From IMG/VR virus record IMGVR_UViG_2029527006_000005: a DNA stretch of 22,219 nt. One strand, given 5' to 3'. The notes beneath the pieces were generated by a model. That model was not told the DNA's origin. It did not search any database and was given only the letters and a program-made list of their open reading frames with translations. The position numbers and the translations under genes were made by a program. Of this stretch, positions 1-8,778 are shown one piece after another. Origin of the DNA: a virus (lineage: Duplodnaviria > Heunggongvirae > Uroviricota > Caudoviricetes). Within the stretch, counting starts at the first letter, position 1; the number at the start of each line of letters is the position of its first letter.

Positions 1-1
1 C

Positions 2-657
2 GATGTTCATCATATCTTCAGACCAATGATACTCATTTTCACAGATAGTACGACCAACTTCCTCAACGTATTGAGTACTGAAATGATTAGCTAAGTTAAT
101 CGTCATGGTACTCTTACCAGTACTCTCAACACCAATAATACAAACCTTCTTAACGAAGTGTTGCTTCGCTGCTGGTGCTAAGTAATCCCAATTTCCATAA
201 ACATCTTTGCGTACTTTGGTAGCACTAATGTTTACAGTACTACGATCAGGATCAATTAATACATGTTCAGCTTCGGGCCAGTGAGTACTGAAGTAATCAT
301 TGTACTCAGTTTCGGATGAGAACACTTTATGAATATATGTTTCACCGAATGAGTTCCACACCGCATCGCGTACTAGCTGTGTGAACTCCGTAGAACCGTC
401 TGGGTAGCTCCAGATTTGACTCTCGTCCACGAATGATACATGTACGTTCTTCATGTGTTTAAACGTGTCCTTGAGCCATAGAGGCGATTACGGAGGGTTA
501 ACCGACCGTACAAGTCATCGCTTAGGTTATTCTGGAACTTCTGATCCCAGCAGAGAATAACGTACAATTTATCAACCAAAGCCGCCGCTTTCGTGATGGC
601 TGAGATATGCCCCGTAGTTAACGGGGCGAACTTACCAAAGAATAAACCGTTGTTCAT
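2..657 (-). CDS. nadR: NadR-type NMN adenylyltransferase / ribosylnicotinamide kinase, interrupted by a 1-nt frameshift at ~481; runs off the left edge
   Basis: ORF 451-657 has GKFAPLTTGH (T/HxGH nucleotidyltransferase motif). Shifting frame at 481 gives LWLKDTFKHMKNVHVSFVDE...NISATKVRKD...KKVCIIGVESTGKST (Walker A)...VEEVGR, open to the window edge. This is the typical NadR domain order. Confidence 0.9.
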
Positions 658-1269
658 TTACTTCTCCGCTAGTTTCTGAGCGACATAAGCTAAGATTGCT
701 TTCGCTTCAATCTTTTCTTTGTCAGTACCGTTCAAGATCAACGGACGCATTTCTACTAGTACTTCTTCGAAGTTCAAATGAACACTTAATTCAGATTGAA
801 CTACTTCTTTAGGTGTGAAGATTTCAATGAGATTATCAAGTATATCATAATGATTATCACGAGTGCTGTTATTAATAACTTTCAATTTATTGAACAAACG
901 TGCATCACCACTGAACTTGTACTTTTCTTGTAGTACTTTTAATTGTTCTAGTACACCTGCTTCATCATCACGCCAGTGTAAGATTTCACCACCATCAGAA
1001 TTTTTATCTGCAATAACGAACTTATGTTCCGTGGTTAGTTGAGTAACTAGTTCAGAAAAGATATCAAAGAAATTACCATTCATTAGTACACGCCCGGTAA
1101 TGTCACGGATTGTTGCTGTGTGCAAATGATAGTTGTGTTTCTTACGTAGAATTGAATACAACTTGTAATACAAGCCTACACGATGACCAGTGAAATGAAT
1201 GGTCTTTTGTTCTTCATTCTTTTTGTAAACGGTAAACGTATTAGTTTCATGGAACAATGGAATAGGCAT
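658..1269 (-). CDS. hypothetical protein (203 aa, MPIPLFHETN...)
   Basis: Start moved from 1404 to the ATG at 1269, just after the upstream TAA at 1271-1273, which removes a long overlap; the stop abuts the nadR start. Confidence 0.8.
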   Translation of the reverse strand: MPIPLFHETNTFTVYKKNEEQKTIHFTGHRVGLYYKLYSILRKKHNYHLHTATIRDITGRVLMNGNFFDIFSELVTQLTTEHKFVIADKNSDGGEILHWRDDEAGVLEQLKVLQEKYKFSGDARLFNKLKVINNSTRDNHYDILDNLIEIFTPKEVVQSELSVHLNFEEVLVEMRPLILNGTDKEKIEAKAILAYVAQKLAEK

Positions 1270-1270
1270 A

Positions 1271-1888
1271 TTATACTTTCTCCTGAACGTGATAGATATG
1301 AGCACAGTATACCTTATTGATCTCTGGCTCGTCAAACAAATAATCACACTGTGGGTTCTGAGTGCCGATATACTTACCCCACTTTTCCCAACGCCAACCG
1401 TCATCTTCGGGTTGACCTTGTTTAAGTACTGGCATTAGTGCAATAACGTACTGCTCATCAGGATTGATGATCGCACCTTTCCAGTACTCAAGGGCTTGCT
1501 CTACATTGTCACAAACCATGTAGCAGCCTATAAGGTTTTGGTTAAAGAAGGCTTCACCATCACTGACCGCATCGCCATTACGTGTTACGTTTGGATATGA
1601 ATCAATCAGTTTCACATTGGAACTACTATCAATAGTTCCGTGAAAATTACCACCCAATGTTAACCATACACCTTTCTGTACTTCTTCAATACAATCAACC
1701 GCAAAGGTTCCATCCTCTTCTGCTTCATCAGCAAAAGATTCCCACCATTTATGATTAGTATCTGCGAACGTAGTTACCAGTTGTAATTCAACACCATCCA
1801 CATCGCGAATTTCCAGTACTTCGGTTGTGCCGTGGAAGTCTTTTTGTTTATTGTGTTCTTCAACATCAATTTTCATTGATACTAACAT
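1271..1888 (-). CDS. hypothetical phage protein with Trp-rich GWRWEKWGKYIG motif
   Basis: 205-aa ORF with TAATG stop/start coupling to the upstream gene; function not recognised. Confidence 0.8.
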   Translation of the reverse strand: MLVSMKIDVEEHNKQKDFHGTTEVLEIRDVDGVELQLVTTFADTNHKWWESFADEAEEDGTFAVDCIEEVQKGVWLTLGGNFHGTIDSSSNVKLIDSYPNVTRNGDAVSDGEAFFNQNLIGCYMVCDNVEQALEYWKGAIINPDEQYVIALMPVLKQGQPEDDGWRWEKWGKYIGTQNPQCDYLFDEPEINKVYCAHIYHVQEKV

Positions 1889-2184
1889 TATAAACCCCCT
1901 TGGACAATCCCCAAGCCAGCACAGATACCAATGAAGTACAGATACGCTTTTTGAAGATCTTCAGTTCTGCATTTACCCTCTAAGTTAGAGGTTCTGATCG
2001 TAAATTGCAAGTACTGTGATTCATGACAAAGAAGCTGAATACCTTCATTACGGTACATATCATTGAATGCTTTCAGTACTTGTTGTTCTGCTGCCGCAGA
2101 ACGTTCTTCATCGAACTTCCCATCAGGGAAACGGTACTTTAAGTAATCAATTGTTTGTACTGTCTTGATCATTAGTTCACTCAT
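1888..2184 (-). CDS. hypothetical protein
   Basis: 98-aa ORF overlapping both neighbours by 1-4 nt. Confidence 0.75.
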   Translation of the reverse strand: MSELMIKTVQTIDYLKYRFPDGKFDEERSAAAEQQVLKAFNDMYRNEGIQLLCHESQYLQFTIRTSNLEGKCRTEDLQKAYLYFIGICAGLGIVQGGL

Positions 2185-2807
2185 TGGATGTTCACCTTAT
2201 TAGATAACATGTAATCCATCACCATTAGAATCTTTTTGGATTCTTCTGGGTTCGTGTCGATTAGTGCAAGAGCTTTCTTCAACTCAGCAGGAGCATAATA
2301 CTCCATTGTCCAGTTCATGTCAACTTCTTCTTTCAGTACAGGATTGATCACATAATCCTGTACAATCTTCTGTGCTTCGTCACACGTATTTTTCCAAACA
2401 GTGAAGTACGTTTTTAAGTTCTGTGGTAGTACTGGAGATTGAAAAACTTCATAAATTTGTTGACGACGACCAACAATGTTAACTTTAACATCCTTACCGT
2501 GATGCAATTTATCAACATTTTCAATAATAATATCATATGGGTATTTCATGAGGCATTGACCATTGAATTCTTCAGTAATCATTATATCAAAACCGGAAAT
2601 GGCAGTACCAATCTGAATGATAGATACAATATCGGTAGCAAGTATTGCATCTTTGTATGTAAGTACTGGCTCATCGATATTATATTTGCGTTTTGCGGCT
2701 TCTTCAATATAAGACAAAAAGATTTCAAACATTTCACGAAAGTCTTGATTGTTTTCACTGGAGAGTTTTTTTCCGTTCATTTTCATTGAAATTCTGAAGT
2801 GATTCAT
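2181..2807 (-). CDS. hypothetical protein (208 aa, MNHFRISMK...)
   Basis: ATG at 2807 follows a purine-rich RBS (AAGGGG) next to the upstream stop; this avoids the 98-nt overlap of the longer ORF. Confidence 0.75.
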   Translation of the reverse strand: MNHFRISMKMNGKKLSSENNQDFREMFEIFLSYIEEAAKRKYNIDEPVLTYKDAILATDIVSIIQIGTAISGFDIMITEEFNGQCLMKYPYDIIIENVDKLHHGKDVKVNIVGRRQQIYEVFQSPVLPQNLKTYFTVWKNTCDEAQKIVQDYVINPVLKEEVDMNWTMEYYAPAELKKALALIDTNPEESKKILMVMDYMLSNKVNIQ

Positions 2808-2820
2808 TTTTTCATTCCCC

Positions 2821-3246
2821 TTAGATAAACATTTCTGAACAGCGAGAATTACGGTCATACACTTCCTGATCTGTCTCGTCAAAGAAAACACCAGATAAGC
2901 ATTCCGAAATAAATTCACGTGCTTCTACTTTAGTCGCGAAGATGCGGTTCAGGTTGTACTTACCGTGTGTAGTATTGATACCACAGTCATGAATACTACA
3001 ACCACTACGCCATGACTGACCATTCTGACTGATGCGAATCACATCAAAGAACAGTGAATCAGTACGGGAATTTGTTGAATAGTGCCAGTTCTTTGGGAAT
3101 GAAGTAACGATCATCTTTTGGATATTTGCATCCAGATCAATATTGTCTTTATTACCTTTAGAAACCGATTTAACAATACTTGAACCGTATACGTGATAAA
3201 CGATTTTACCCGGAGCAATACCTTTGGTAGTGTTGATAGCAGCCAT
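2821..3246 (-). CDS. hypothetical protein, first gene of an early operon
   Basis: 141-aa ORF with AGAGGA RBS, downstream of the promoter at 3293-3321. Confidence 0.8.
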   Translation of the reverse strand: MAAINTTKGIAPGKIVYHVYGSSIVKSVSKGNKDNIDLDANIQKMIVTSFPKNWHYSTNSRTDSLFFDVIRISQNGQSWRSGCSIHDCGINTTHGKYNLNRIFATKVEAREFISECLSGVFFDETDQEVYDRNSRCSEMFI

Positions 3247-3292
3247 GTTTGATTCCTCTTAATGTGTTAGTGTATGTCGTTTCGATATAGAT

Positions 3293-3328
3293 ATAATAAC
3301 AAAAGGGCTGACTCTCGTCAACCCTTTT
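3293..3328 (-). promoter_or_regulatory. sigma70 promoter overlapping an intrinsic-terminator hairpin
   Basis: TTGACG-17-TATTAT; the -35 is the 5' arm of the hairpin AAAAGGGTTGAC-GAGA-GTCAGCCCTTTT. Confidence 0.8.
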
Positions 3329-3337
3329 TTTAATTTA

Positions 3338-3655
3338 TTACGCTCTTTTGCACATAACAGTTGCAGCCAGTACATCATTCTGTTTAGTCATACTTCCAAC
3401 ATAATCACCACTGTCCAGCTTTGCCAGTTGGTTGATGTGTACACCTACCATTGCACCACCATGATCAACAATTTCATCTAAACGCTTAGATTTGAATACT
3501 TCATCATTCTTCAGTACTGTATAGTCATAACTTACGGTCATTACTTGACAGTTGTAGTCCACATCATTGTATTGGTCATATGCGTAATTTACAACTAACA
3601 GACCCAAAACTGCCACGAGCAACCAGATTCCGGTACTAAGAGAATAATATTTCAT
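3338..3655 (-). CDS. membrane-anchored protein, N-terminal TM and two Cys; probable paralog of 4582-4911
   Basis: Hydrophobic N-terminus, YNC motif, C-terminal AATVMCK. Confidence 0.75.
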   Translation of the reverse strand: MKYYSLSTGIWLLVAVLGLLVVNYAYDQYNDVDYNCQVMTVSYDYTVLKNDEVFKSKRLDEIVDHGGAMVGVHINQLAKLDSGDYVGSMTKQNDVLAATVMCKRA

Positions 3656-3664
3656 TACTGTTCC

Positions 3665-3958
3665 TTATAGTTCTTCAAAGAAAGCCCACTCTGAGTTTTC
3701 CATACGAATAACACGACCTTTAGCGTTAACCATTATAATGGTTTCTGCACTCCAGTCAAGCCTGAATTTCGTATCAGCGTCTTGCATTTGCTTTCTGACG
3801 TACACAGCCTTAAGATCAGCACTGAATAGATTATTCAAGTACTTACGTAGTTTAGTATCACTATAGTACTCAGTACCATCAAACTTGAACTTGTGAACTT
3901 GGGTGTAGTCACCCTCAAGTTTGTCTACAAGTTCCTGTATTACTTTTAAGCGTTTCAT
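3665..3958 (-). CDS. hypothetical protein
   Basis: 97-aa ORF, AGGTGA RBS, operon packing. Confidence 0.75.
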   Translation of the reverse strand: MKRLKVIQELVDKLEGDYTQVHKFKFDGTEYYSDTKLRKYLNNLFSADLKAVYVRKQMQDADTKFRLDWSAETIIMVNAKGRVIRMENSEWAFFEEL

Positions 3959-3966
3959 TCGATCAC

Positions 3967-4179
3967 CTATTCAATAAAGTCAAAGATTTCAACCACAATA
4001 AGATTAAACTTATCATAGTATGTGGACTTGTCAATGTAATAGTTCAGTACTTTCTCGTGTGCATCATCTGAATCATCAGCACTGACTACGTGAGAGAAGT
4101 TACACTCACAGTTGGTGTAACCAGTTTCAGTGAGAGTTTGAACTTGAACTTTACCTACAGCAGTGAAGTACTTTTTCAT
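3967..4179 (-). CDS. hypothetical protein
   Basis: 70-aa ORF with TAATG coupling. Confidence 0.7.
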   Translation of the reverse strand: MKKYFTAVGKVQVQTLTETGYTNCECNFSHVVSADDSDDAHEKVLNYYIDKSTYYDKFNLIVVEIFDFIE

Positions 4180-4511
4180 TATTCAGCCTCAAATGTTTCT
4201 TCAAATGGTTTACTACGCCCTGAAATTTCCATAGGGTCTGGACTATTAGCACGATCAATTACAGCGAGTGCTGCATTCTCAATGTCATTAACATTGAAGT
4301 ACTCAGTTGCGTACATAGCAAAGGAACCTTCACCTTCGCTTTCGTAGTATGAAACCTCAACCACTGGTTGTTCTTTATAACCAACAAAGTGAGAAGTATC
4401 ACGTTTGATGACCATACCGAATTCCTCACCTAATGGAACTATTACACGAGCAACAGTGTTGTTAGTGATGAGTTCAATGATTTCATACAGATCAGTTGTT
4501 TGTGCGTTCAT
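4179..4511 (-). CDS. acidic hypothetical protein
   Basis: 110-aa ORF, GAGGA RBS, first gene after the promoter at 4543-4572. Confidence 0.75.
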   Translation of the reverse strand: MNAQTTDLYEIIELITNNTVARVIVPLGEEFGMVIKRDTSHFVGYKEQPVVEVSYYESEGEGSFAMYATEYFNVNDIENAALAVIDRANSPDPMEISGRSKPFEETFEAE

Positions 4512-4542
4512 TTAATTAATCCTCTTTGTTTGCGATGAAGTA

Positions 4543-4578
4543 ATTATAGCAAAAAGGGCTGACCGAAGTCAACCCTTT
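4543..4578 (-). promoter_or_regulatory. sigma70 promoter overlapping a terminator hairpin; near-copy of 3293-3328
   Basis: TTGACT-18-TATAAT; hairpin AAAGGGTTGAC-TTCG-GTCAGCCCTTT with UUCG loop and U-tract. Confidence 0.8.
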
Positions 4579-4581
4579 ATT

Positions 4582-4911
4582 TTAAATCTTCTTACACACC
4601 ACAGCAGCGGTTTTCACATCATTAACTGGTATTGCGTTTGTTGCATACTCACCATTGAATTCAACGAAATGATACACGCGAATTCCTAAGAAAGTACTGC
4701 TAGTTAGTTTCAACTTCTGTAGTTCTGATTCGAACACAACCTTTGAACCAGCAAGAGGCTTGTCATCTTGTGTTGCACCGACCATATAGCAATTGTACTG
4801 CTGGTCAACCACTTTGTTAATCACAACATCAATTGCTGGTTTAGCTAAGAATGCCAACCAAAACCCAACCGCTGTTAGTACTAATACTACACAGAAATCT
4901 TTGAAGCTCAT
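4582..4911 (-). CDS. membrane-anchored protein, N-terminal TM and two Cys; probable paralog of 3338-3655
   Basis: Hydrophobic N-terminus, YNC motif, C-terminal TAAVVCK. Confidence 0.75.
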   Translation of the reverse strand: MSFKDFCVVLVLTAVGFWLAFLAKPAIDVVINKVVDQQYNCYMVGATQDDKPLAGSKVVFESELQKLKLTSSTFLGIRVYHFVEFNGEYATNAIPVNDVKTAAVVCKKI

Positions 4912-5876
4912 TGAATACCCCGTTCGTTCATATGTTTACGTATACGTGATACTACATCATTATAGCAACGATGTAAAGAGGTACGTGAATTATATTTACG
5001 TCCCTTTGGATCGGTATAAGTAAACCCTTCTGCGGCTAGAGTCCAGAATGACTTCTCATCGTCCTTATTCAAGCCGTGAACCGCTTCTACCAACGCCCGG
5101 TCATCAGGGGTTAGGTCATGGAAAATAACCTCTAGTAGCTCGTTCATGGTGCTTTCATCAGTAACTAGACCCGGATCAAGGTGGAAGTCTGAACTCTCAC
5201 CCTTGATTACGTCTTGGAGCATTACGGAACCATCTTCGTTCACAGGTGTATCAAGACTGATTGCATTGTTTGTATACTTCATAACACGATTCACTGATAC
5301 AATATCAATACCAGTACCTTCAGCAATTTGATCATTGGTTGGGTTGCGACCATTAGTACTAATGTAACGCTCAATGAAGTTCTGAATCGTTACGTTGTTC
5401 ACGGATTGGTACTTAGGTAGTGCAACCATACGTGCTTCTTCGTTGCCGTAGTTGTACATGGTCTGACGAATAGCTGTCGTTGCATAAGTACTGAAGGATG
5501 CCTTTTGTGTAGTGTCAAAGCGACGGATAGCATGGATCAATCCTTCGAAACCGTATTGTACTTTATCTTGGAATTGAATGTTACACGTGCACTTACGTGC
5601 TACTGCGTAAACTAAACCACTGTTACAACGTACAATCAAATCCATGTTCTTAGCTACATCAATACCTGCATTGATGCGGTCAATTAGGATCTCATTGGTC
5701 AACCCTTCTGGTAGACGTTCTTTAGTATTGTACGCTTCAGATGTAACAATACTTGCAATCTCTTCTTCAACTTCGTCATCACTGTTATGCAAGATGGCAT
5801 TAACTGTTTTGTTCTCGTTTTGGAAACACTCGTCTAGTACTTCATCGTGGATTGATTCTAGATTTAGTTTTTTCAC
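4908..5876 (-). CDS. sigma70-family RNA polymerase sigma factor (RpoD/RpoS-like regions 2-3, divergent region 4)
   Basis: Region 2: NSGLVYAVARK...DKVQYGFEGLIHAIRRFD...FSTYATTAIRQ. Region 3: GRNPTNDQIAE...ISLDTPV. GTG start at 5876 after an AGGAG RBS. Confidence 0.9.
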   Translation of the reverse strand: MKKLNLESIHDEVLDECFQNENKTVNAILHNSDDEVEEEIASIVTSEAYNTKERLPEGLTNEILIDRINAGIDVAKNMDLIVRCNSGLVYAVARKCTCNIQFQDKVQYGFEGLIHAIRRFDTTQKASFSTYATTAIRQTMYNYGNEEARMVALPKYQSVNNVTIQNFIERYISTNGRNPTNDQIAEGTGIDIVSVNRVMKYTNNAISLDTPVNEDGSVMLQDVIKGESSDFHLDPGLVTDESTMNELLEVIFHDLTPDDRALVEAVHGLNKDDEKSFWTLAAEGFTYTDPKGRKYNSRTSLHRCYNDVVSRIRKHMNERGIQ

Positions 5877-5894
5877 GCATACTCCTGAATTGAT

Positions 5895-5922
5895 AAAAAA
5901 TGCCAGTCTTCGTAACTGGCAT
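5895..5922 (-). terminator. intrinsic terminator upstream of the sigma gene
   Basis: ATGCCAGT-TACGAAG-ACTGGCAT followed by a T-run on the minus strand. Confidence 0.75.
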
Positions 5923-5924
5923 CT

Positions 5925-5953
5925 ATAATACATAATATTTTTCTTTATAGCAA
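5925..5953 (-). promoter_or_regulatory. putative sigma70 promoter for the phage sigma gene
   Basis: TTGCTA-17-TATTAT; the predicted +1 falls inside the 5' arm of the terminator. Confidence 0.55.
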
Positions 5954-5954
5954 A

Positions 5955-6458
5955 TCAAATGTTATAAATTCTAACTTGATTGCTGGTAAAACGATCACTG
6001 TAGTGAACCGTCTTAAATGCTGCAATTGCTTCTTCCATCGTGGGTTTGAAGTCATAAACTTCTAACGCTTTTTTCAAAGCGTCTGCACCACTACCAGTAC
6101 AATACCATGCATCAGATTTAAGGGCAAAGAATTTCTTATGCACCTTACCTTTCAGTATATAGATATGTAATAGCCAGTTTTTGTCCACAAGAAAACAACT
6201 ACTAGTACGTTTGTATTTTTTGTGCGAAGGAACAATCGGTGTTCCATGTGCTAAGTACTGAAGGATTTTAGTACTCTCACTGCATGAACCACTTTCAACA
6301 AAGACACGATCATGTACATGAATAGCTTTAACACCATTGTCATTGTACTCATCGTATGAATTCCACGGCAAACCGAATAGAGTTTCGTTTATTGTGGAAG
6401 TAGTGCGGGTGTCGGTAAGAACGACACCCAATTTATGATTGACGTAGATAGTCGTCAT
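5955..6458 (-). CDS. Ntn-hydrolase, HslV/proteasome beta-subunit-like peptidase
   Basis: N-terminal MTTI...LTDTR, later GVKAI, YCTGSGAD and C-terminal DRFTS match the spacing of T1-family catalytic and structural motifs. Confidence 0.7.
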   Translation of the reverse strand: MTTIYVNHKLGVVLTDTRTTSTINETLFGLPWNSYDEYNDNGVKAIHVHDRVFVESGSCSESTKILQYLAHGTPIVPSHKKYKRTSSCFLVDKNWLLHIYILKGKVHKKFFALKSDAWYCTGSGADALKKALEVYDFKPTMEEAIAAFKTVHYSDRFTSNQVRIYNI

Positions 6459-6459
6459 A

Positions 6460-6750
6460 TCACTCGTCCGTTTTGACGCCGGGAATTGTAATTTTGTAAT
6501 CTTCAGGGATTACATTAAATTCAACACCTTCAATCAATTTGAAGTACGAAATGTAATTGTCTTCCATTTGGTGCTGATCACAATAACCGTACTCTTCAAT
6601 ATACTGCCTATACCATTTTTTGGTAATATGATTGTAGAAAGCAACACTAATAACTGGTACACCATCGCGTGAAAAGATAACAATGTTATAAGCACCGCTG
6701 CTAGGTGGAATCTGATTACTAAATGGTGAGTACTCTAGAAATTCTGACAT
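6460..6750 (-). CDS. hypothetical protein (weak DUF551-like pattern)
   Basis: 96-aa ORF; IPPSSGAY..V...W pattern only. Confidence 0.65.
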   Translation of the reverse strand: MSEFLEYSPFSNQIPPSSGAYNIVIFSRDGVPVISVAFYNHITKKWYRQYIEEYGYCDQHQMEDNYISYFKLIEGVEFNVIPEDYKITIPGVKTDE

Positions 6751-6998
6751 TATGCAATCCCCAATTCAGTTAAAATGCGGCGTTTGAGAGATGCAACGTT
6801 TTGCTCGTGCTTAGTCTTTCTGTTGAAAGCTGCGTCAATCTCTTTGTACTTGTTATCAATCTCTTTGGTGATTACACCACCACTTGCAGCAAGACCTGCA
6901 TTGATTTCAGCATACATAGTATTGATATGTCCACGTAAACCATCAACAATACTTTGTTGGTATAGTACTTCCGATGCGGTAATTTCAGCTTGGCTCAT
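6750..6998 (-). CDS. small helical/coiled-coil hypothetical protein
   Basis: 82-aa ORF coupled to both neighbours. Confidence 0.7.
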   Translation of the reverse strand: MSQAEITASEVLYQQSIVDGLRGHINTMYAEINAGLAASGGVITKEIDNKYKEIDAAFNRKTKHEQNVASLKRRILTELGIA

Positions 6999-7351
6999 TG
7001 TTCGGTTGCCTCTAAAAGTTTGTCCAGTGATTCATTGTACTCTGGGTACAAATCCAGTTCATTCAAATCATTACAGAAACGAATATCAGTTGCACAGTTC
7101 ACGCAGTAGTTCTTGTGCATTACTGAGTTAAAGAATACCACATGCTTATCGCTTTGGCAAGCAGTACGGTTGCAGCGAGTAATACCTTTACCCGGCAGTG
7201 CATCATGTGCACCTGTCATGACACATTCAGAAGCCAGTGATGACATGCGACGGAAGTCGTTGTTTGCTTTAGCTTTGGCGTGTTCTTCATTCAGACCAGT
7301 ACTCATCAGGTGAGCAGTACGATTCTTAACAAATGCATAACGATGACCCAT
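6995..7351 (-). CDS. hypothetical protein with putative Zn-binding motif (CxxxxC...CxxC)
   Basis: RCNRTACQ...NYCVNCA; AAGGAG RBS; own promoter. Confidence 0.75.
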   Translation of the reverse strand: MGHRYAFVKNRTAHLMSTGLNEEHAKAKANNDFRRMSSLASECVMTGAHDALPGKGITRCNRTACQSDKHVVFFNSVMHKNYCVNCATDIRFCNDLNELDLYPEYNESLDKLLEATEQ

Positions 7352-7379
7352 GATGTTCTCCTTTGATTAATGTACAATA

Positions 7380-7412
7380 ATTATAGCAGCCAACGTTTTG
7401 TGCGTCAACTGC
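7380..7412 (-). promoter_or_regulatory. sigma70 promoter within a G-U-containing hairpin
   Basis: TTGACG-17-TATAAT; GCAGTTGACG/CGTTGGCTGC stem with three G-U pairs. Confidence 0.8.
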
Positions 7413-7420
7413 TTTTTGGT

Positions 7421-7843
7421 TTAGAATTTGAAGTTTTCTAACATTTCATCCGAAAGACTCAAATCTGGAACGTACTTGAGAATGATTGCTTTTGGTGTTT
7501 CAAAAGCAATGTCAGATAAACGTTCAAGCAATTTTTCGTACTGTTCTGGTGTGAAGTTTTTATGCTTCATGTTCCAGATTTTGTTTTGGAAATCTGCACC
7601 CGGCATCTTACCTACTTCTTCATAGAAGGCTTTGAGTAGTGCTTCTTGAGTACTGTAATAAGCCCACTGAGGTAGTGGAACCATACCTTGAATTTCACCG
7701 GAATCGCACATTACCAGTACTTTAGTAGTGAGATCTGAACCTACTACAACACGACCTTTCATGACTACATTTTGCTCAAGATTAATAAAAGCAAAAATAT
7801 CCACATTGTTAACGTCTGCACGGTCTACATGAACCCAAGCCAT
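7421..7843 (-). CDS. hypothetical protein
   Basis: 140-aa ORF with GAGGA RBS after its promoter. Confidence 0.75.
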   Translation of the reverse strand: MAWVHVDRADVNNVDIFAFINLEQNVVMKGRVVVGSDLTTKVLVMCDSGEIQGMVPLPQWAYYSTQEALLKAFYEEVGKMPGADFQNKIWNMKHKNFTPEQYEKLLERLSDIAFETPKAIILKYVPDLSLSDEMLENFKF

Positions 7844-7873
7844 TTCTATATCCTCGTTTGTTTGTATGCCAGT

Positions 7874-7902
7874 ATTATAACAATGACCGCCGAAGCGGTC
7901 AA
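7874..7902 (-). promoter_or_regulatory. sigma70 promoter with the -35 in a C(UUCG)G hairpin
   Basis: TTGACC-17-TATAAT; TGACCGC-TTCG-GCGGTCA. Confidence 0.85.
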
Positions 7903-7909
7903 GTGTTTT

Positions 7910-8323
7910 TTAATCTTTCATTTGTTGGAGTAGATAATGCTTGTACAAACCATTCTGTACTAAAACAATACTCGAACCAGCGATGAATAGGATGAAGGTG
8001 ATTAGACCTAACCCAATTTCATTGAACTGAATGAATGCTGCACTCATGCCTAACCACAAGTACATTGGGTAGAATGCTAAGTTACGCAAACCAACAAATG
8101 TACGTAGATAGAACTGGTAGAATGAACCATCAGGATTCTCGCCCTCTTCAATGTATCCAAGACCATTGAACACAGTAAGGAAGAATGCAAAGAATGCAGA
8201 TAACTTTAGAACACCACTCGCGATTGTGTGCCAACCGTCTGAGAAGATATCTAGTACTGGCATACCTTCAATGAAGCATACCCCGATCACTACTGTAAAG
8301 AAAATGTATAATGCCTTGATCAT
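7910..8323 (-). CDS. polytopic inner-membrane protein (~4 TM)
   Basis: Four hydrophobic stretches in 137 aa. Confidence 0.75.
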   Translation of the reverse strand: MIKALYIFFTVVIGVCFIEGMPVLDIFSDGWHTIASGVLKLSAFFAFFLTVFNGLGYIEEGENPDGSFYQFYLRTFVGLRNLAFYPMYLWLGMSAAFIQFNEIGLGLITFILFIAGSSIVLVQNGLYKHYLLQQMKD

Positions 8324-8766
8324 AATTTAACTTCCTCTGCTTGTTCTTGACGGGCTTTACGTAAAACCTCGTGTTGTCTGTAAGTTTTTACGTGCTTGTT
8401 GTGGTTCTTTCTGACTGCACTGATACCCAAGTATAACACAAATGAAACGATAATGACACCAAAATTTTCCCATTTGTATACGCCGTACAAGAACGGGACT
8501 AAGTACACGTTATTCCAAATCCACCACAACCGACGATTACCAAAACTTTGAATCGAATCGGTACATTTCCACATATCATCAGCCATGTAAGAAATACATA
8601 AACCAGCACTGAATACACAGAATGCAATCATGATTACTCTGGATATGATCTCCAAGTGCCGTGGCATGTCATAGGGAATTACGCCCGGTAGTAGTGTATC
8701 CATAAAGTAATACCCGGATACAATTGTAATAAGTAACCAGTACTTCAAATATGTCATCTTTAACAT
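8320..8766 (-). CDS. polytopic membrane protein with basic C-terminal tail
   Basis: ATG at 8766 after an AAGAGG RBS; 3-4 hydrophobic segments. Confidence 0.75.
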   Translation of the reverse strand: MLKMTYLKYWLLITIVSGYYFMDTLLPGVIPYDMPRHLEIISRVIMIAFCVFSAGLCISYMADDMWKCTDSIQSFGNRRLWWIWNNVYLVPFLYGVYKWENFGVIIVSFVLYLGISAVRKNHNKHVKTYRQHEVLRKARQEQAEEVKL

Positions 8767-8778
8767 TTTGTACCTCTT

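Noticed and set aside
451-481. nadR as a genuine two-gene split using the ATGA overlap
   Set aside because: The break falls inside the nucleotidyltransferase domain, and 9 codons upstream of that ATG still read as NadR in the second frame, which favours a single indel.
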